64,000 nucleotides of DNA from an uncultured bacterium (GCA_963727525.1 CAVSGO010000005.1:64001-128000), one strand, 5' to 3'. Positions 1 through 10,013 are shown, counted from the first letter of the stretch. Notes: a model not told the origin generated them from the letters alone. A program made the numbers and translations.

Positions 1-625
1 GCTTCACCAGGGCGTTGACCGCCAGCAGGCTGGTCCGATAGGCCCGATCCGCGGCAATGAGTCCACCGGGAAACGCCCCCTGCAGCCGATCGAGCGAGGG
101 CAGATCGCCCTCGAAGATGACCTGGACCGTGTCGGTCCAGCGCCACTGACCCGACCAGCGCATCGCCGCTCCCTCGTGTAGCCACGTGGGCAGCCGTACC
201 CCTTGCGAGCCCTGCATGAGCAGCGCGTGCACCATCTCGTGCAGGAAGACGTCGCCCACGCCGGGACCGGTGGCTCGCGACCGCTGGTCGTCGACAGCCA
301 CGAACCGCCCCGGCGGGATAGCGACCCCCACGCCCCAGTCGGGCAAGGCGCCGGCGAAGTGGGCGCGAAACGCGGCGGTGGGCAGGACGGCGCACACCAC
401 GGTGTCCAGCGCGGCGATCTCCGGCACGAGTTCCGCCGTCATCGCGACACCGAACTCCCGCCAGGCCTGGGCGCAGCGATCGGCCGCCGCGCGATCGCCC
501 GCGTCTCCGAGTTGAAACACGACAACCGGCGGCGACGCCTGGGCCCGCGCGTGCCCACTCCCGATGACGGCAAGCACCGTGATCAGCGCAACAACCGTGA
601 CCTCGAAACGACGGAAATGACGCAA
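1..625 (-). CDS. Peptidase MA-like (gluzincin) metallohydrolase, partial (runs off the left edge)
   Basis: Manual minus-strand translation from TTG at 625 (GGGAGAG upstream): hydrophobic signal-like N-terminus, then VFLHEMVHALL (HExxH) and LPTWLHEGAA. Not in the ORF track because it is truncated. Confidence 0.75.
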   Translation of the reverse strand, partial: MRHFRRFEVTVVALITVLAVIGSGHARAQASPPVVVFQLGDAGDRAAADRCAQAWREFGVAMTAELVPEIAALDTVVCAVLPTAAFRAHFAGALPDWGVGVAIPPGRFVAVDDQRSRATGPGVGDVFLHEMVHALLMQGSQGVRLPTWLHEGAAMRWSGQWRWTDTVQVIFEGDLPSLDRLQGAFPGGLIAADRAYRTSLLAVNALVK

Positions 626-710
626 CCGACTCTCCCGGTTGACACCCAACAACCTGGCCGGGATCATGGGTCCAGATTCGCGACGCCGCAACCACGCGCC
701 GGGGGTGACC

Positions 711-1436
711 ATGGACGACGCCATTCGCGCGCAACTCGACGCGCTACGCGCCACGATCACCCCGGCGACCCGCGTGGCCGCACTCACGGGCGCCGGCATC
801 TCCGCGGCCAGTGGCATCCCCACCTTCCGCGGCGCCCAGGATAGTCTGTGGAGCCGGTACTCGCCCCAGGACCTCGCCACGCCCGAAGCCTTCGCGCGCG
901 ATCCCGAGCTGGTGTGGCGCTGGTACGACTGGCGGCGCGGCCGCATCGCGGCGAGCTCACCGAACGCGGCACACGACGCGCTCGCCACGCGCGCGTCGCT
1001 GACACTGATCACTCAGAATGTCGACGGGTATCACCAGCAGGCAGGCAGCCGCGGCGTGATCGAGTACCACGGGTCGATCTGGCGCGTCCGCTGCCAGCGG
1101 TGCCGTCACGACGAGATCGACCGCCGGGTGCCGATCCCCATCCCGCCCACCTGTCCACACTGCGACGGACGCCTGCGCCCGGGCGTGGTGTGGTTCGGCG
1201 AGGGCATCGATCCCGCGGTGCACGAGGCCGCCACGCTGGCGGCCGCCGGCGCCGAGATCTTTCTCGTGATCGGCACGGCCGGCGCCGTCTATCCCGCGGC
1301 CGGCCTGGCGGAGCTGGCCCGCAGCCGGGGCGCCCGGGTCGTGGAGTTCAACCTGGAGCCGAGCGCCCTCACCCGCATCGCTCACCTCTTCGTACCGGGC
1401 AGCGCGGCCGACACCGTACCGTCCCTCTTGCGCTGA
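711..1436 (+). CDS. cobB: Sir2-family NAD-dependent protein deacylase (class III, CobB-like)
   Basis: GAGISAASGIPTFRG, TQNVDGYH, HGS, zinc pairs CQRC and CPHC, LRPGVVWFGE, GTAGAVYPAAG. YDWR matches the class III YxxR motif. Confidence 0.93.
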   Translation: MDDAIRAQLDALRATITPATRVAALTGAGISAASGIPTFRGAQDSLWSRYSPQDLATPEAFARDPELVWRWYDWRRGRIAASSPNAAHDALATRASLTLITQNVDGYHQQAGSRGVIEYHGSIWRVRCQRCRHDEIDRRVPIPIPPTCPHCDGRLRPGVVWFGEGIDPAVHEAATLAAAGAEIFLVIGTAGAVYPAAGLAELARSRGARVVEFNLEPSALTRIAHLFVPGSAADTVPSLLR

Positions 1437-1490
1437 CGGTCGACGACCGCCGGAGCGAACACGCGCAGCTCGAGGCGCGCGGGGCTCAAA

Positions 1491-4400
1491 TCACTCGGCG
1501 ACCGCGATCGGCACCTCCAGCACCAGGCGGCCGGTGCGATCGCCGGCGGCCTTGTCGGCGAGATCGCGGTCGAGGAACCGCACGCGGCCCGTGTAACCCA
1601 TCCCGTCCGGCGCGGCCGGCCACTCGCCGGCGAAGCTGAGCGACACCTCGGTGGGCATGCCGCAGTAGAGGCGCAGGCCGTCGCGTCCGGCCTGCTTGGC
1701 CGTGCCGCGCACCGGCTGCGCGAACGCGGTCGTCTGCTCCGCACGGAAACCCCAGTCCTTCATGTCCGGAGCCAGGGCGAACGCACCCACGACCTGCAGC
1801 TTGTACGAGGCCGAGTCGACGCCATCGGGCAGGCTGGTCGCGATGTCCACTTCGAGCCCATTGAAGCCCGTCTGCGCCACGGCCACGCCGTCACTGTCGA
1901 GGATGTTGACGGCGCAGTCGGTGAAGAGATTGCCCGTATTCTTGTCCATCACCAGGCGAAAGCTGGCGCGCGGCGTCGCGGCATCGAGAGAGAACGCGTA
2001 GGTCCAGGTGTCGCTGTCCTTCACGGTGACATCCCAGGCGCGATGGAAGCCGACGAGCGCCGCGTCGATATCGCCGCGAAACGCGCCGGGAAAGGTGCGG
2101 GTGACGGTGAGCGTAGCCTTCGCGGGCTCGCCGGGTCCCTTGCGCGGCAGAGCCGCAAGCGTGTCCGGCGTCGCGTCGTAACCGTCGCAGCTCGCCGTGA
2201 GGCGGTACGCGCCCCTGTCCTCGGCGATACGGCTCGAGGCCACGGTGATCTCCCACGTGCCCGGCGTCAGTTCGGGCCGCGTGACCACGTGATCAGTGAT
2301 CGGGTTGCCCTCCAACGAGGCATAGCCTGCGAAGCCCCCATGCACGTGCCCCTCAGGATCGTTGATCTCCGACAGCACGCGCGCGCCGCGGCTGGCGCCG
2401 ACCTCCTTGTCCACCTCCAGGCGTACGCGCAATGCGCTCGAACCGGCAGGCACGTTCACGTAGTAATGATGGACCCAGCTCGCGGGCAGATCCTTGCTCG
2501 TCCACGTGCGGCTGAAGCCGTTATCCGCATTCAACGGCTCGCCCACGACCACGGAGTTCCACAGCGCGAACTCGCGGGCGGCGAGGCCGCTCAGATCGCC
2601 GCCGTCGAGGCTGGCGATGACGCGCGCGGCGTGCAGGCCCGGTTCCTTCAGCTTCGTACCGTCGTACTCGACGTTGACCGTCATGCCCATGTCGCCGCGA
2701 ATGTACCGCTTGCCGGAGATCACGCGCAACCAGTCGGCCTCGCTCTTGAAGGTGAAGCTGCGGAAGTAGGTGTCCTTCTGGTCGGGCGTCAGGTCGGGAT
2801 TGAAGATCGGATGCACGGTGAAAGTCACCTGCTCCGGCTTCACCGGAGCGCCGCCCGGCGTGCGCCAGTAGGCCGCCTCGGCAAGCCCGTCGCTCTGCAG
2901 CGGGCACGCCGTCTCGATGCGGTACCACAGGATGTCGTGCGCGCTCTTGCTCTTCGCCAGCGTCTCCAGCAGGGGCCAGGTGCTCGACAGCGTGACCAGA
3001 CCGCCGCCCTGGTCCAGCAGCGACAGCCCCTCCACCCGCGTGGCGCCGGCGATGAGGGCGCGCTTCATCATGCCCCAGTGCGTCTTCAACCCCTCCTGCT
3101 GCGCGGCGCTGAGCAGGCAGGCCACGGCGCCGGCCGTCTCGGGGCTGGCCATGCTGGTGCCGTTGTAGCGCGCCATGCCCTCGACGTAGCCGGGCACCGT
3201 CGATAGGGCCGACCCCGGCGATACCACGTCCGGCTTGGCCGATTCGCCACCACGACTGCTGAAGGCGAAGAGGGTGTTGCGGTCGAGGTGCGTGTCGTAG
3301 AGATCGGCGCCGGTGCCCACGGAGAGGTAGGCGCCGCTGGAGATCACGCTGGGACTGGTGGCCGGCAGGCCGATGGAAGACAGACCCGGTCCCTCGTTGC
3401 CGGCACTCTGGCACACGTAGAAGTCGGGATTGTCGGCCAGGAGATCGTCGAGCCACTTGCCCATATGATCCTCGCCCTCCTCCACCGCCGCGATGCCGAA
3501 GCTCATGTTCACGACCACCGGCAGGCCGTAGCGCTTGCCGAAGTCGACGGCATATTCGTACGCCTTCTTCATCGACTCGGTGCGCGTGGCACCCCCGGAA
3601 AGGCGGTTGTCACCCAGCTTGCAGGAGATGACCCAGGCCCCGGGCGCCACTCCGTCGAGCCCCTCCTGGCCGCTCACGGCGCGTCCGGCCGCGATGCCGG
3701 CGCAGTGCGAGCCGTGGCTGCCGTCATCGAAGTGGAACTCGGCCGTGGGGGCCTTGGGTGTACCGCGCTGGTCCTCGTTCTCACGCACGTTCACTTCCCA
3801 CGACATCATCGTGTGCGCGTCCGGCGCGTCGAGCCCGCCGAGGGCGAACGTGTCGAAGTTTACGTGATAGTCGCGCAGGCAGGTCTCGGTCGAGAGATCG
3901 CCATCGCCATCGGTATCCACGGCGACGAGCCATACCTTGGCGCTCTGCCGTTCCTCGTCCACGGTCCGCGCCGCCGTGGCGTTGAGCCCGCGCGCGAACT
4001 CCGTGCCCTTCCCCTGGCCCAGCGCCGCCTCCGCGATGGAGCGGTCGACGAGATAGACGACGAAGGCAAAGACGTCGGTCTGGTCGCCATCGTCGTTGAG
4101 GTCGGTGACTTCGGGGTTGTTCACGAACTGGTGCTCGCGGATGGCGCCGATGAACACGGGGTGCCCCACCGGATCGCTGGAGACCGGCGGCACCCGCAAT
4201 CCATCCGCGCCGCGCAGCGCGAGATCACCGTCCTCGTTCTTGACGACGCCGTCGGCGACCGTCGCCTTCTGCGTCTCCCAGTCGCCCTCGGTGGAGAAGT
4301 CGCGCACCTCGATGAGCTTGGTCCGACCCGTCGTGGTGGTCTGCATGCCGGGCATGAACGCGTCGACCCCGGTGTCGAGGATCGCCACCACCACACCGCG

Positions 4401-4565
4401 GCCGTCCCACGTGGGGTGCGCCTGCTTGAACGCCACCGCCCCCATGTCGTCGTTCGGCAGGTAGTTCCAGCCCTGCCCCGGCGCTGCGGCCAGGATGGGC
4501 GAAGCCACCACGAGGATGGCGACGAGGACAGCGAGACGACGACCGGACCGCAATGCACGACGCAT
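1491..4565 (-). CDS. Secreted S8 subtilase, tripeptidyl-peptidase II-like
   Basis: Signal peptide; catalytic ILDTGVD, HGSHCAGIAAG and NGTSMASP; TPPII-like GVAPGAWVISCKLGDNRL, SAGNEGPGLSSIGLP and FSSRG; long insert between the catalytic Asp and His. Confidence 0.9.
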   Translation of the reverse strand: MRRALRSGRRLAVLVAILVVASPILAAAPGQGWNYLPNDDMGAVAFKQAHPTWDGRGVVVAILDTGVDAFMPGMQTTTTGRTKLIEVRDFSTEGDWETQKATVADGVVKNEDGDLALRGADGLRVPPVSSDPVGHPVFIGAIREHQFVNNPEVTDLNDDGDQTDVFAFVVYLVDRSIAEAALGQGKGTEFARGLNATAARTVDEERQSAKVWLVAVDTDGDGDLSTETCLRDYHVNFDTFALGGLDAPDAHTMMSWEVNVRENEDQRGTPKAPTAEFHFDDGSHGSHCAGIAAGRAVSGQEGLDGVAPGAWVISCKLGDNRLSGGATRTESMKKAYEYAVDFGKRYGLPVVVNMSFGIAAVEEGEDHMGKWLDDLLADNPDFYVCQSAGNEGPGLSSIGLPATSPSVISSGAYLSVGTGADLYDTHLDRNTLFAFSSRGGESAKPDVVSPGSALSTVPGYVEGMARYNGTSMASPETAGAVACLLSAAQQEGLKTHWGMMKRALIAGATRVEGLSLLDQGGGLVTLSSTWPLLETLAKSKSAHDILWYRIETACPLQSDGLAEAAYWRTPGGAPVKPEQVTFTVHPIFNPDLTPDQKDTYFRSFTFKSEADWLRVISGKRYIRGDMGMTVNVEYDGTKLKEPGLHAARVIASLDGGDLSGLAAREFALWNSVVVGEPLNADNGFSRTWTSKDLPASWVHHYYVNVPAGSSALRVRLEVDKEVGASRGARVLSEINDPEGHVHGGFAGYASLEGNPITDHVVTRPELTPGTWEITVASSRIAEDRGAYRLTASCDGYDATPDTLAALPRKGPGEPAKATLTVTRTFPGAFRGDIDAALVGFHRAWDVTVKDSDTWTYAFSLDAATPRASFRLVMDKNTGNLFTDCAVNILDSDGVAVAQTGFNGLEVDIATSLPDGVDSASYKLQVVGAFALAPDMKDWGFRAEQTTAFAQPVRGTAKQAGRDGLRLYCGMPTEVSLSFAGEWPAAPDGMGYTGRVRFLDRDLADKAAGDRTGRLVLEVPIAVAE

Positions 4566-4662
4566 GATCGACCTCCAGGAAACGTAGCGCGGACGCGAAA
4601 GGGCCCGTCCATGATAGGACGGGCCCGGACGCAGGACAAGGAAGCACGGCGATGGACCGCCA

Positions 4663-6051
4663 TCAATGGAAGAGCGACTTCACCGCGCCCCAGCTCGCCG
4701 GTTCGATGGACATGCTGTTGTCCTCGATCCGCGTCTGCAGGTCGCTCGCCGTGAGCCCCGTGATGTTCGCGAGGTCGAGCGCCGACTGGAAGTCCGCCAT
4801 GGCGCCGCCCAGTTCCGGGCTGCCCACTTCGGCGAACTCGTTCATCACGCCCACGAGGGCGGCCTGCATCTCGGCGGTGATGAGGAAGCTGTCGCCCTGC
4901 CCGCCGACCTCGGCCCCCACGGCCGGCAGCCAGAGGTCCCACGCTTCAGCCACGCGGTGAATGAGCGCGGGGCGCTGCAGGACCGCCACGGCGAGATCGT
5001 CGGAGAGATCGTGGTAGAGCTGCACGTAGTAATCGCCCACGGTCGACGGCACCAGGATCTCGTCGCGGTACCGGCGCAACATATCCAGGTCTGGCCCCGG
5101 GTTGAACGTCTTGTCGCCGGCGGGATATTCCGTCTCAGCGTCGTCGAGCCGTTTATCGGGACAGGGCAGGCCGCAAATGTCAGCGATCGGTGCGCAATCC
5201 GCCGGACGCATGATCGAATACATGTAGGCGAACACGCAGGCGAAGCAGTAGTCGGCGGATCCGTTGATTTCGTCGGCGAGGAATGCGAAGAGCACGAACC
5301 AGTTGGATGAGGAGACGCGCTTGTTCGTCTGATTCAGGAGACGGAGCTCGTGGGTCGCGGACAGGTCGCCGCCACTCACCGCGGCGGCCGGCACCTGCAA
5401 CGTCTGCCGGGTGCTGCCGCCGAACTCGAGGGCGTGCAGGCCGCCATCGATCGAACTTGTGTACCAGACCACCGCGCCACCGGGCGGCAGGGTGTCGATC
5501 ACCACGTCCACCGCGACCGTGGTGCCGGGCGCGGTGGCCTCGGTCAGGCGTCCCAACGGGTCGAGCGGGATGTCGTCCGACACCTCGAAGTGGGCCGGCG
5601 GCGTCTGCGAGTCGTCGTCGACGATCGTCAGGACCGCGGCCGAGGGCTCGCCCACCTGGTAGAGGGCGCCCCCGTCGATGAGGCTGAGCAGGATGGTTTC
5701 CGGCGGCTCCAGCACGCTATCATCGTAAATCTGTATGCTGGCGTAGACGGTGTCGGCAACGCCGGGTTCGAAAATCGTGAAGGTGGTGCCGGACACGAAG
5801 TCGTCGCCGAACGTCGCCGTACCGGGGTCGATCTGCACGTACACCGAGATGGCCGCCGACGGCGGTTCGGAGATGACGAGGGCCACCATAGCGTTCGTAT
5901 TCTGTTCCACGACACTGTACTGCGTGAAAGCGAAGCTCACGGTGGGCTGGGCGACCACCATACTCGCGGACGCGAGCAGGACGGCGCCGGCCAGGACGCT
6001 GACGGAAACAAGGATCGGGCGCCGACTGCGGCGCGGTGCGCGGGTGCTCAT
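4663..6051 (-). CDS. Secreted Calx-beta domain protein with a CFI-box-CTERM-like segment and SWGAVKSLFH tail
   Basis: ATG at 6051 inside ORF 4663..7500, whose N-terminal half is a shadow of the opposite-strand gene. Signal peptide; Calx-beta-like SVVEQ...GTATFGDDF...IYDDSVLEPPETILLSL...LTIVDDD; LRRYRDEILVPSTVGDYYVQLY. Confidence 0.75.
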   Translation of the reverse strand: MSTRAPRRSRRPILVSVSVLAGAVLLASASMVVAQPTVSFAFTQYSVVEQNTNAMVALVISEPPSAAISVYVQIDPGTATFGDDFVSGTTFTIFEPGVADTVYASIQIYDDSVLEPPETILLSLIDGGALYQVGEPSAAVLTIVDDDSQTPPAHFEVSDDIPLDPLGRLTEATAPGTTVAVDVVIDTLPPGGAVVWYTSSIDGGLHALEFGGSTRQTLQVPAAAVSGGDLSATHELRLLNQTNKRVSSSNWFVLFAFLADEINGSADYCFACVFAYMYSIMRPADCAPIADICGLPCPDKRLDDAETEYPAGDKTFNPGPDLDMLRRYRDEILVPSTVGDYYVQLYHDLSDDLAVAVLQRPALIHRVAEAWDLWLPAVGAEVGGQGDSFLITAEMQAALVGVMNEFAEVGSPELGGAMADFQSALDLANITGLTASDLQTRIEDNSMSIEPASWGAVKSLFH

Positions 6052-6339
6052 TGCGAAACTCCTCACTGGCGAGTCGCGGCGAAGCCGGCGACGGAATCGG
6101 TACTGGTAAACGGTGCGCGAGCGCGCTGTCCCTGATATGAGACAGTTTTCGTCCCCGCGAATCACAGAGCCCGGGCAATTTCTTGCCGCCAGCCCCCGCG
6201 TTGGCGAGGCGCCGCACCGCTGCCTATTATTGAGTGGCCGTCTCGAGACCGGCCCGGGCTCGCCACGCCGCGTCCTGGCCGCGATTCGCCGACAAATCTC
6301 GCCGTCGGGCGCCCCGCGCCACCCTGGGAAGGATCGATC

Positions 6340-7530
6340 ATGCGCGATGTCAGCAAGCTGGGACCGATGACCCGCATCATCCACGCCGGACAGCACCCCG
6401 ACCCGGTCACGGGTGCGGTGTCCACCCCGATCTACCAGTCGTCCACCTTCGCTTTCCGCGATGCCGATCATGGCGCGGCCTGTTTCCGCGGCGAGGTGGC
6501 CGACGGTTTCATTTACACCCGGCTGGGCAATCCCACGACCCGCGCGCTCGAGGAGAGCATCGCCACGCTGGAACATGGCTGTGGTGCCCTCGCCTGCGCC
6601 TCCGGCATGGCGGCGGTGAATCTGGTGTACTACGCGTTGCTGAGCCAGAACGACCACGCCGTTTGCACCGAGTCGCTCTACGGTCCGAGCCGCATGGTGC
6701 TGGAGACCGAGTACCCGCGCTTCGGCATCAGCGCCACGTTCGTCGACACCGCCGACGTGGCCAAGGTGGAGCAGGCCATCACGAAGCACACGAAGCTCGT
6801 CTATCTGGAGACGCCAGCCAACCCCACGCTGAAGCTGGCCGACGTCGAGGCCATCAGCGCCATCGCCCATGCGGCCGGCGCCGTGGTCTGCGTCGACAAC
6901 ACCTTCGCCTCGCCGGTACTGCAGAACCCTCTGCTGCAGGGCGCCGACATCGTCTTGCACAGCATGACCAAGTTCATCAACGGTCACACCGACGTGGTGG
7001 CCGGCGTGGTGGTGGCCAAGGAACCGGGAATGTACGCGCGCCTGCGCAAGGTGCATGTGAACCTGGGCGGTACGATGGATCCGCACCAGGCCTGGCTGGT
7101 GCTGCGCGGCGTCAAGACGCTGGGTCTGCGCATGGAGAAGGCGCAGGAGAACGCGCTGCGGCTGGCTCGGTGGCTCGAGAAACACCCCAAGATCTCCTGG
7201 ATCCGCTACCCCTTCCTCGAGAGCCACCCGCAGCACGCGCTCGCGAAGCGCCAGATGCGCGGCGGCGGCGCCGTGTTCTCCTTCGGCGTGAAAGGAGGCC
7301 TCGAGGCGGGCAAGATGCTGATCAACAACGTCGAGGTGGCCACGCTCGCCGTGAGCCTGGGCGGCATCGAGACCCTCATCGAGCATCCGGCCAGCATGAC
7401 CCATGCCGGCATCCCGGCCGCGGAACGGCTCAAGGCCGACATTTCCGACGACCTGGTGCGCATCGCCGTGGGCTGCGAGGACTACGCGGATATCGAGCAT
7501 GACCTGGCGCGGGTCCTGGACACGCTCTGA
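6340..7530 (+). CDS. Cys/Met metabolism PLP-dependent enzyme (methionine gamma-lyase / cystathionine gamma-lyase family)
   Basis: PIYQSSTF, YTRLGNPT, ETPANPT, VDNTFASP, HSMTKFINGHTDV (PLP lysine), AVSLGGIETLIEHPASMTH. Confidence 0.93.
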   Translation: MRDVSKLGPMTRIIHAGQHPDPVTGAVSTPIYQSSTFAFRDADHGAACFRGEVADGFIYTRLGNPTTRALEESIATLEHGCGALACASGMAAVNLVYYALLSQNDHAVCTESLYGPSRMVLETEYPRFGISATFVDTADVAKVEQAITKHTKLVYLETPANPTLKLADVEAISAIAHAAGAVVCVDNTFASPVLQNPLLQGADIVLHSMTKFINGHTDVVAGVVVAKEPGMYARLRKVHVNLGGTMDPHQAWLVLRGVKTLGLRMEKAQENALRLARWLEKHPKISWIRYPFLESHPQHALAKRQMRGGGAVFSFGVKGGLEAGKMLINNVEVATLAVSLGGIETLIEHPASMTHAGIPAAERLKADISDDLVRIAVGCEDYADIEHDLARVLDTL

Positions 7531-7532
7531 CC

Positions 7533-8816
7533 ATGCACAATCCGTGGGTCACACCGGACCGGATCCTCCCCCAGAATGGCGCGATCGATTGGGCCGTGGA
7601 CTACACGGCCCATCCCTTCCTCGATCCCACCATGCCCGACCGCGCGTCCCGGCTGCGCCGGTTCACCCAGCTCACCTGGGAGCGCATCCGCGACGACGAC
7701 GCGATCTACCGGCGCGAGGCCGCCCGCCTGCTGCGTCCGCTGCGCGGCGTACCGGGCGAGATCCAGCCGTGCCACGACGACATCGTCATCATCTCGGAGT
7801 ACCTGCAGGAAGCCGACGTCTACCTCTATTCCACCATCGACCTCTTGCCCGAGCCCTCGCGCGACGCGGTGCTGCCGCACGAGGACGTGAATCGCTGCCA
7901 CGACCTGCGCGAGCTGCTCGCCATGGTCTTCGGCGACGATCCCGGGCGCCGGCGCTTCGAGGCCCAGCGCAAGCTCTACCTGGCCAACCTGCTACTCGAC
8001 ATCGACCACTCGCGCCTGGTCCAGGACGGACCGCTCCACCTCGCGTACTTCGAGGAGTTGCTCGACAACGTGCTCTGGCGGCACAAGAAGCAGGAGTACG
8101 AGATCAAGATCGGTTTTCACATCGCGGACGATGGCGAGACGATCCGCTACTCGGCGCGGCCGCGGCGCAACGATCAGGTGTGGACGTTCCACTCCGCGTA
8201 CCTGGAGACGCCGAACGCGGGGGCGATGACGTCGCTCGACATCCTTTACTGGAATTGCCGCTTCAAGCGTTCGGTCGATCGCGTGAGCTTCGAGGTGGTG
8301 GATGGTCAGCACAAGGTGCTGGAACGGGTGCGCTGGAGCGAGATGCGCCAGCACCGCAGCGGGTCGATTCTCTCCAAGATGATCCGCCGCGGCATCAACA
8401 ACCCCGGGGAGATCGCCGACATGCTCGGCGCGATGTTCATCGTGCACGACGACGACGCCCTCAACGATCTCCTGGCGCTCCTCGACGCCGGCATCGGCAA
8501 CCCCTTCGGCTGGCGCAACGTCACCGACACCTTCGGCGCCGAGCCCGCGGGCAGCCGCCTCAATCGGCACAGCGCTGCCGGCTTCAAGGTCTTCAAGGGC
8601 GACGTCGACATCCTCATCCCGGGCCGCGGACCGGGCCAGCCGCCGTATCGATTCTCGGTGGAGATCCAGATCCACACGCTCGAGAGCTTCCTGCGGACGG
8701 TGTGCTCGGCGCACGCCGCCAGCCACCTGGCGCTCAAGCTAAGGCAGTTCGTGAGCGGGCTGGTACCGTACCTTTTCCCCACATCGGTCTACGGCGAGGA
8801 ATGGCTGCGCTACTGA
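7533..8816 (+). CDS. Stand-alone RelA/SpoT-like nucleotidyltransferase-domain protein (TIGR04552/TIGR04562-like)
   Basis: C-terminal half reads SILSKMIRRG...IADMLGAMFIV...NRHSAAGFKVFK...VEIQIHT, paralleling RelA/SpoT synthetase motifs. Starts 2 nt after the upstream stop. Confidence 0.6.
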   Translation: MHNPWVTPDRILPQNGAIDWAVDYTAHPFLDPTMPDRASRLRRFTQLTWERIRDDDAIYRREAARLLRPLRGVPGEIQPCHDDIVIISEYLQEADVYLYSTIDLLPEPSRDAVLPHEDVNRCHDLRELLAMVFGDDPGRRRFEAQRKLYLANLLLDIDHSRLVQDGPLHLAYFEELLDNVLWRHKKQEYEIKIGFHIADDGETIRYSARPRRNDQVWTFHSAYLETPNAGAMTSLDILYWNCRFKRSVDRVSFEVVDGQHKVLERVRWSEMRQHRSGSILSKMIRRGINNPGEIADMLGAMFIVHDDDALNDLLALLDAGIGNPFGWRNVTDTFGAEPAGSRLNRHSAAGFKVFKGDVDILIPGRGPGQPPYRFSVEIQIHTLESFLRTVCSAHAASHLALKLRQFVSGLVPYLFPTSVYGEEWLRY

Positions 8817-8836
8817 GCGGCGCCGTACGACCCGGG

Positions 8837-9895
8837 TCAGTGCGTCCCCGGCGTGATGAGGTGGCACTTCTCGCAGAGCGGCCCCTGCTCCGGATCCCCG
8901 TAGGGATTCGGTAGCGGGAAGGACCCCGAGACTTCCCCATCGTCCTCGAGCAACGACACGTGGAAATCCCAGCGCCCCGCCGCCGGCGCCGACGAGGCGT
9001 GCGCGCGGTGGCAACTCAGGCACATGACGCGGCTGTTGCCGATCGGTCCGATCGTGCTCGTGGTGGCGGCACGAGTGTCCTCGAAGGGAACCTCGGGCAG
9101 GTAGGCGAGCGCAAAGGTACCGCCGCCCGGGTTGCGGGTGCCGTCGTAGTTGTTGTAGTTGCGCGCCGTGCCGTGGGACAGCGTGCTGTCGGTGGGGTGC
9201 TGGAAGACGCTGACCTGTTCCTCGTGATAGCGTCCATGGCAGTTCGCGCACCAATCGGACATGCCCGCGCGATAGGCGGTATGGGATTCCGGCGTCTCGC
9301 CCGAGGCGAACCCCTGCGGCGGCAGCCCCACGGCCGTGGGTGCCGGATGGCTGAACTGGTAGCGTCCGCCCTGGATCTCGCCCACGCCGTACAGCATCCG
9401 GAAGTTGTCGTTGCCGTGCGGATCGTGGCAACTCGTGCAGCCGAGCCAGGCGCTCGGATAGGTGCCTCCGGGTGCCTCGGTGAAGCGCGTGTCGGCGTCG
9501 GCCCCGCGGTCCGGCGCCACGATGCTGTGGCCGGCCGCCTCGCCGGCGATGGGCTGCGTCAAACCGTCCGGACCATCGTTGATGTTGTCCTCGAGCAAGA
9601 AGACGAAGTTGCCGGCGCCGCGCTCGACCGGCGGGGTGAGCGGATTCTCCCCGAATACGCCACCCTGTCCGCCGTGGCACATCAGGCACACGTCGCTCGG
9701 ACTCGCCGCCACGAGCAGGGCCTCCCCGCCGTCGATCAGGACATCGCCGTCGCGTTCACCGTGGGTGACGTGGCAGGATGCACAGCTGGCGACACCCTTG
9801 TCGTGGAACGCGCGCGCCGTGGGTCCCGCGAGCAGGACCAGGAGCCCCAGGCCAACGCCGGTCAGGCGGGTCATGCTGGGTCGTATGGACTTCAT
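8837..9895 (-). CDS. Hexaheme c-type cytochrome, OmcS/OmcT family paralogue
   Basis: Signal peptide, then FHDKGVASCASCHVTH. Six CxxCH motifs (CASCH, CLMCH, CTSCH, CANCH, CLSCH, CEKCH); APGGTYP, GMSDWCANCH and VMCLSCHRAHAS as in OmcS. Start could also be 9874. Confidence 0.88.
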   Translation of the reverse strand: MKSIRPSMTRLTGVGLGLLVLLAGPTARAFHDKGVASCASCHVTHGERDGDVLIDGGEALLVAASPSDVCLMCHGGQGGVFGENPLTPPVERGAGNFVFLLEDNINDGPDGLTQPIAGEAAGHSIVAPDRGADADTRFTEAPGGTYPSAWLGCTSCHDPHGNDNFRMLYGVGEIQGGRYQFSHPAPTAVGLPPQGFASGETPESHTAYRAGMSDWCANCHGRYHEEQVSVFQHPTDSTLSHGTARNYNNYDGTRNPGGGTFALAYLPEVPFEDTRAATTSTIGPIGNSRVMCLSCHRAHASSAPAAGRWDFHVSLLEDDGEVSGSFPLPNPYGDPEQGPLCEKCHLITPGTH

Positions 9896-10013
9896 GATGG
9901 TCAGGAAGGCTCCCCGGGATGCGTGTTCGTTGCGAGCCGTATGCCCGCCCCCCACAATATGATAGCACATTGACCGCGTGTTTCCAGCAGCATTGTCGCC
10001 GAACGGCTTTGGG

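Noticed and set aside
711-1436. Sir2 gene as an anti-phage (Thoeris/DSR-type) effector
   Set aside because: Canonical zinc-binding CobB-type deacylase with no defence-gene neighbours.
6052-6339. SAM riboswitch or other ncRNA upstream of the Met/Cys lyase
   Set aside because: No SAM-I or SAM-II core motifs recognised; only short GC hairpins.
6052-7500. N-terminal half of the 945-aa minus ORF 4663..7500
   Set aside because: Antisense to the PLP enzyme; the real gene starts at 6051 with a signal peptide.
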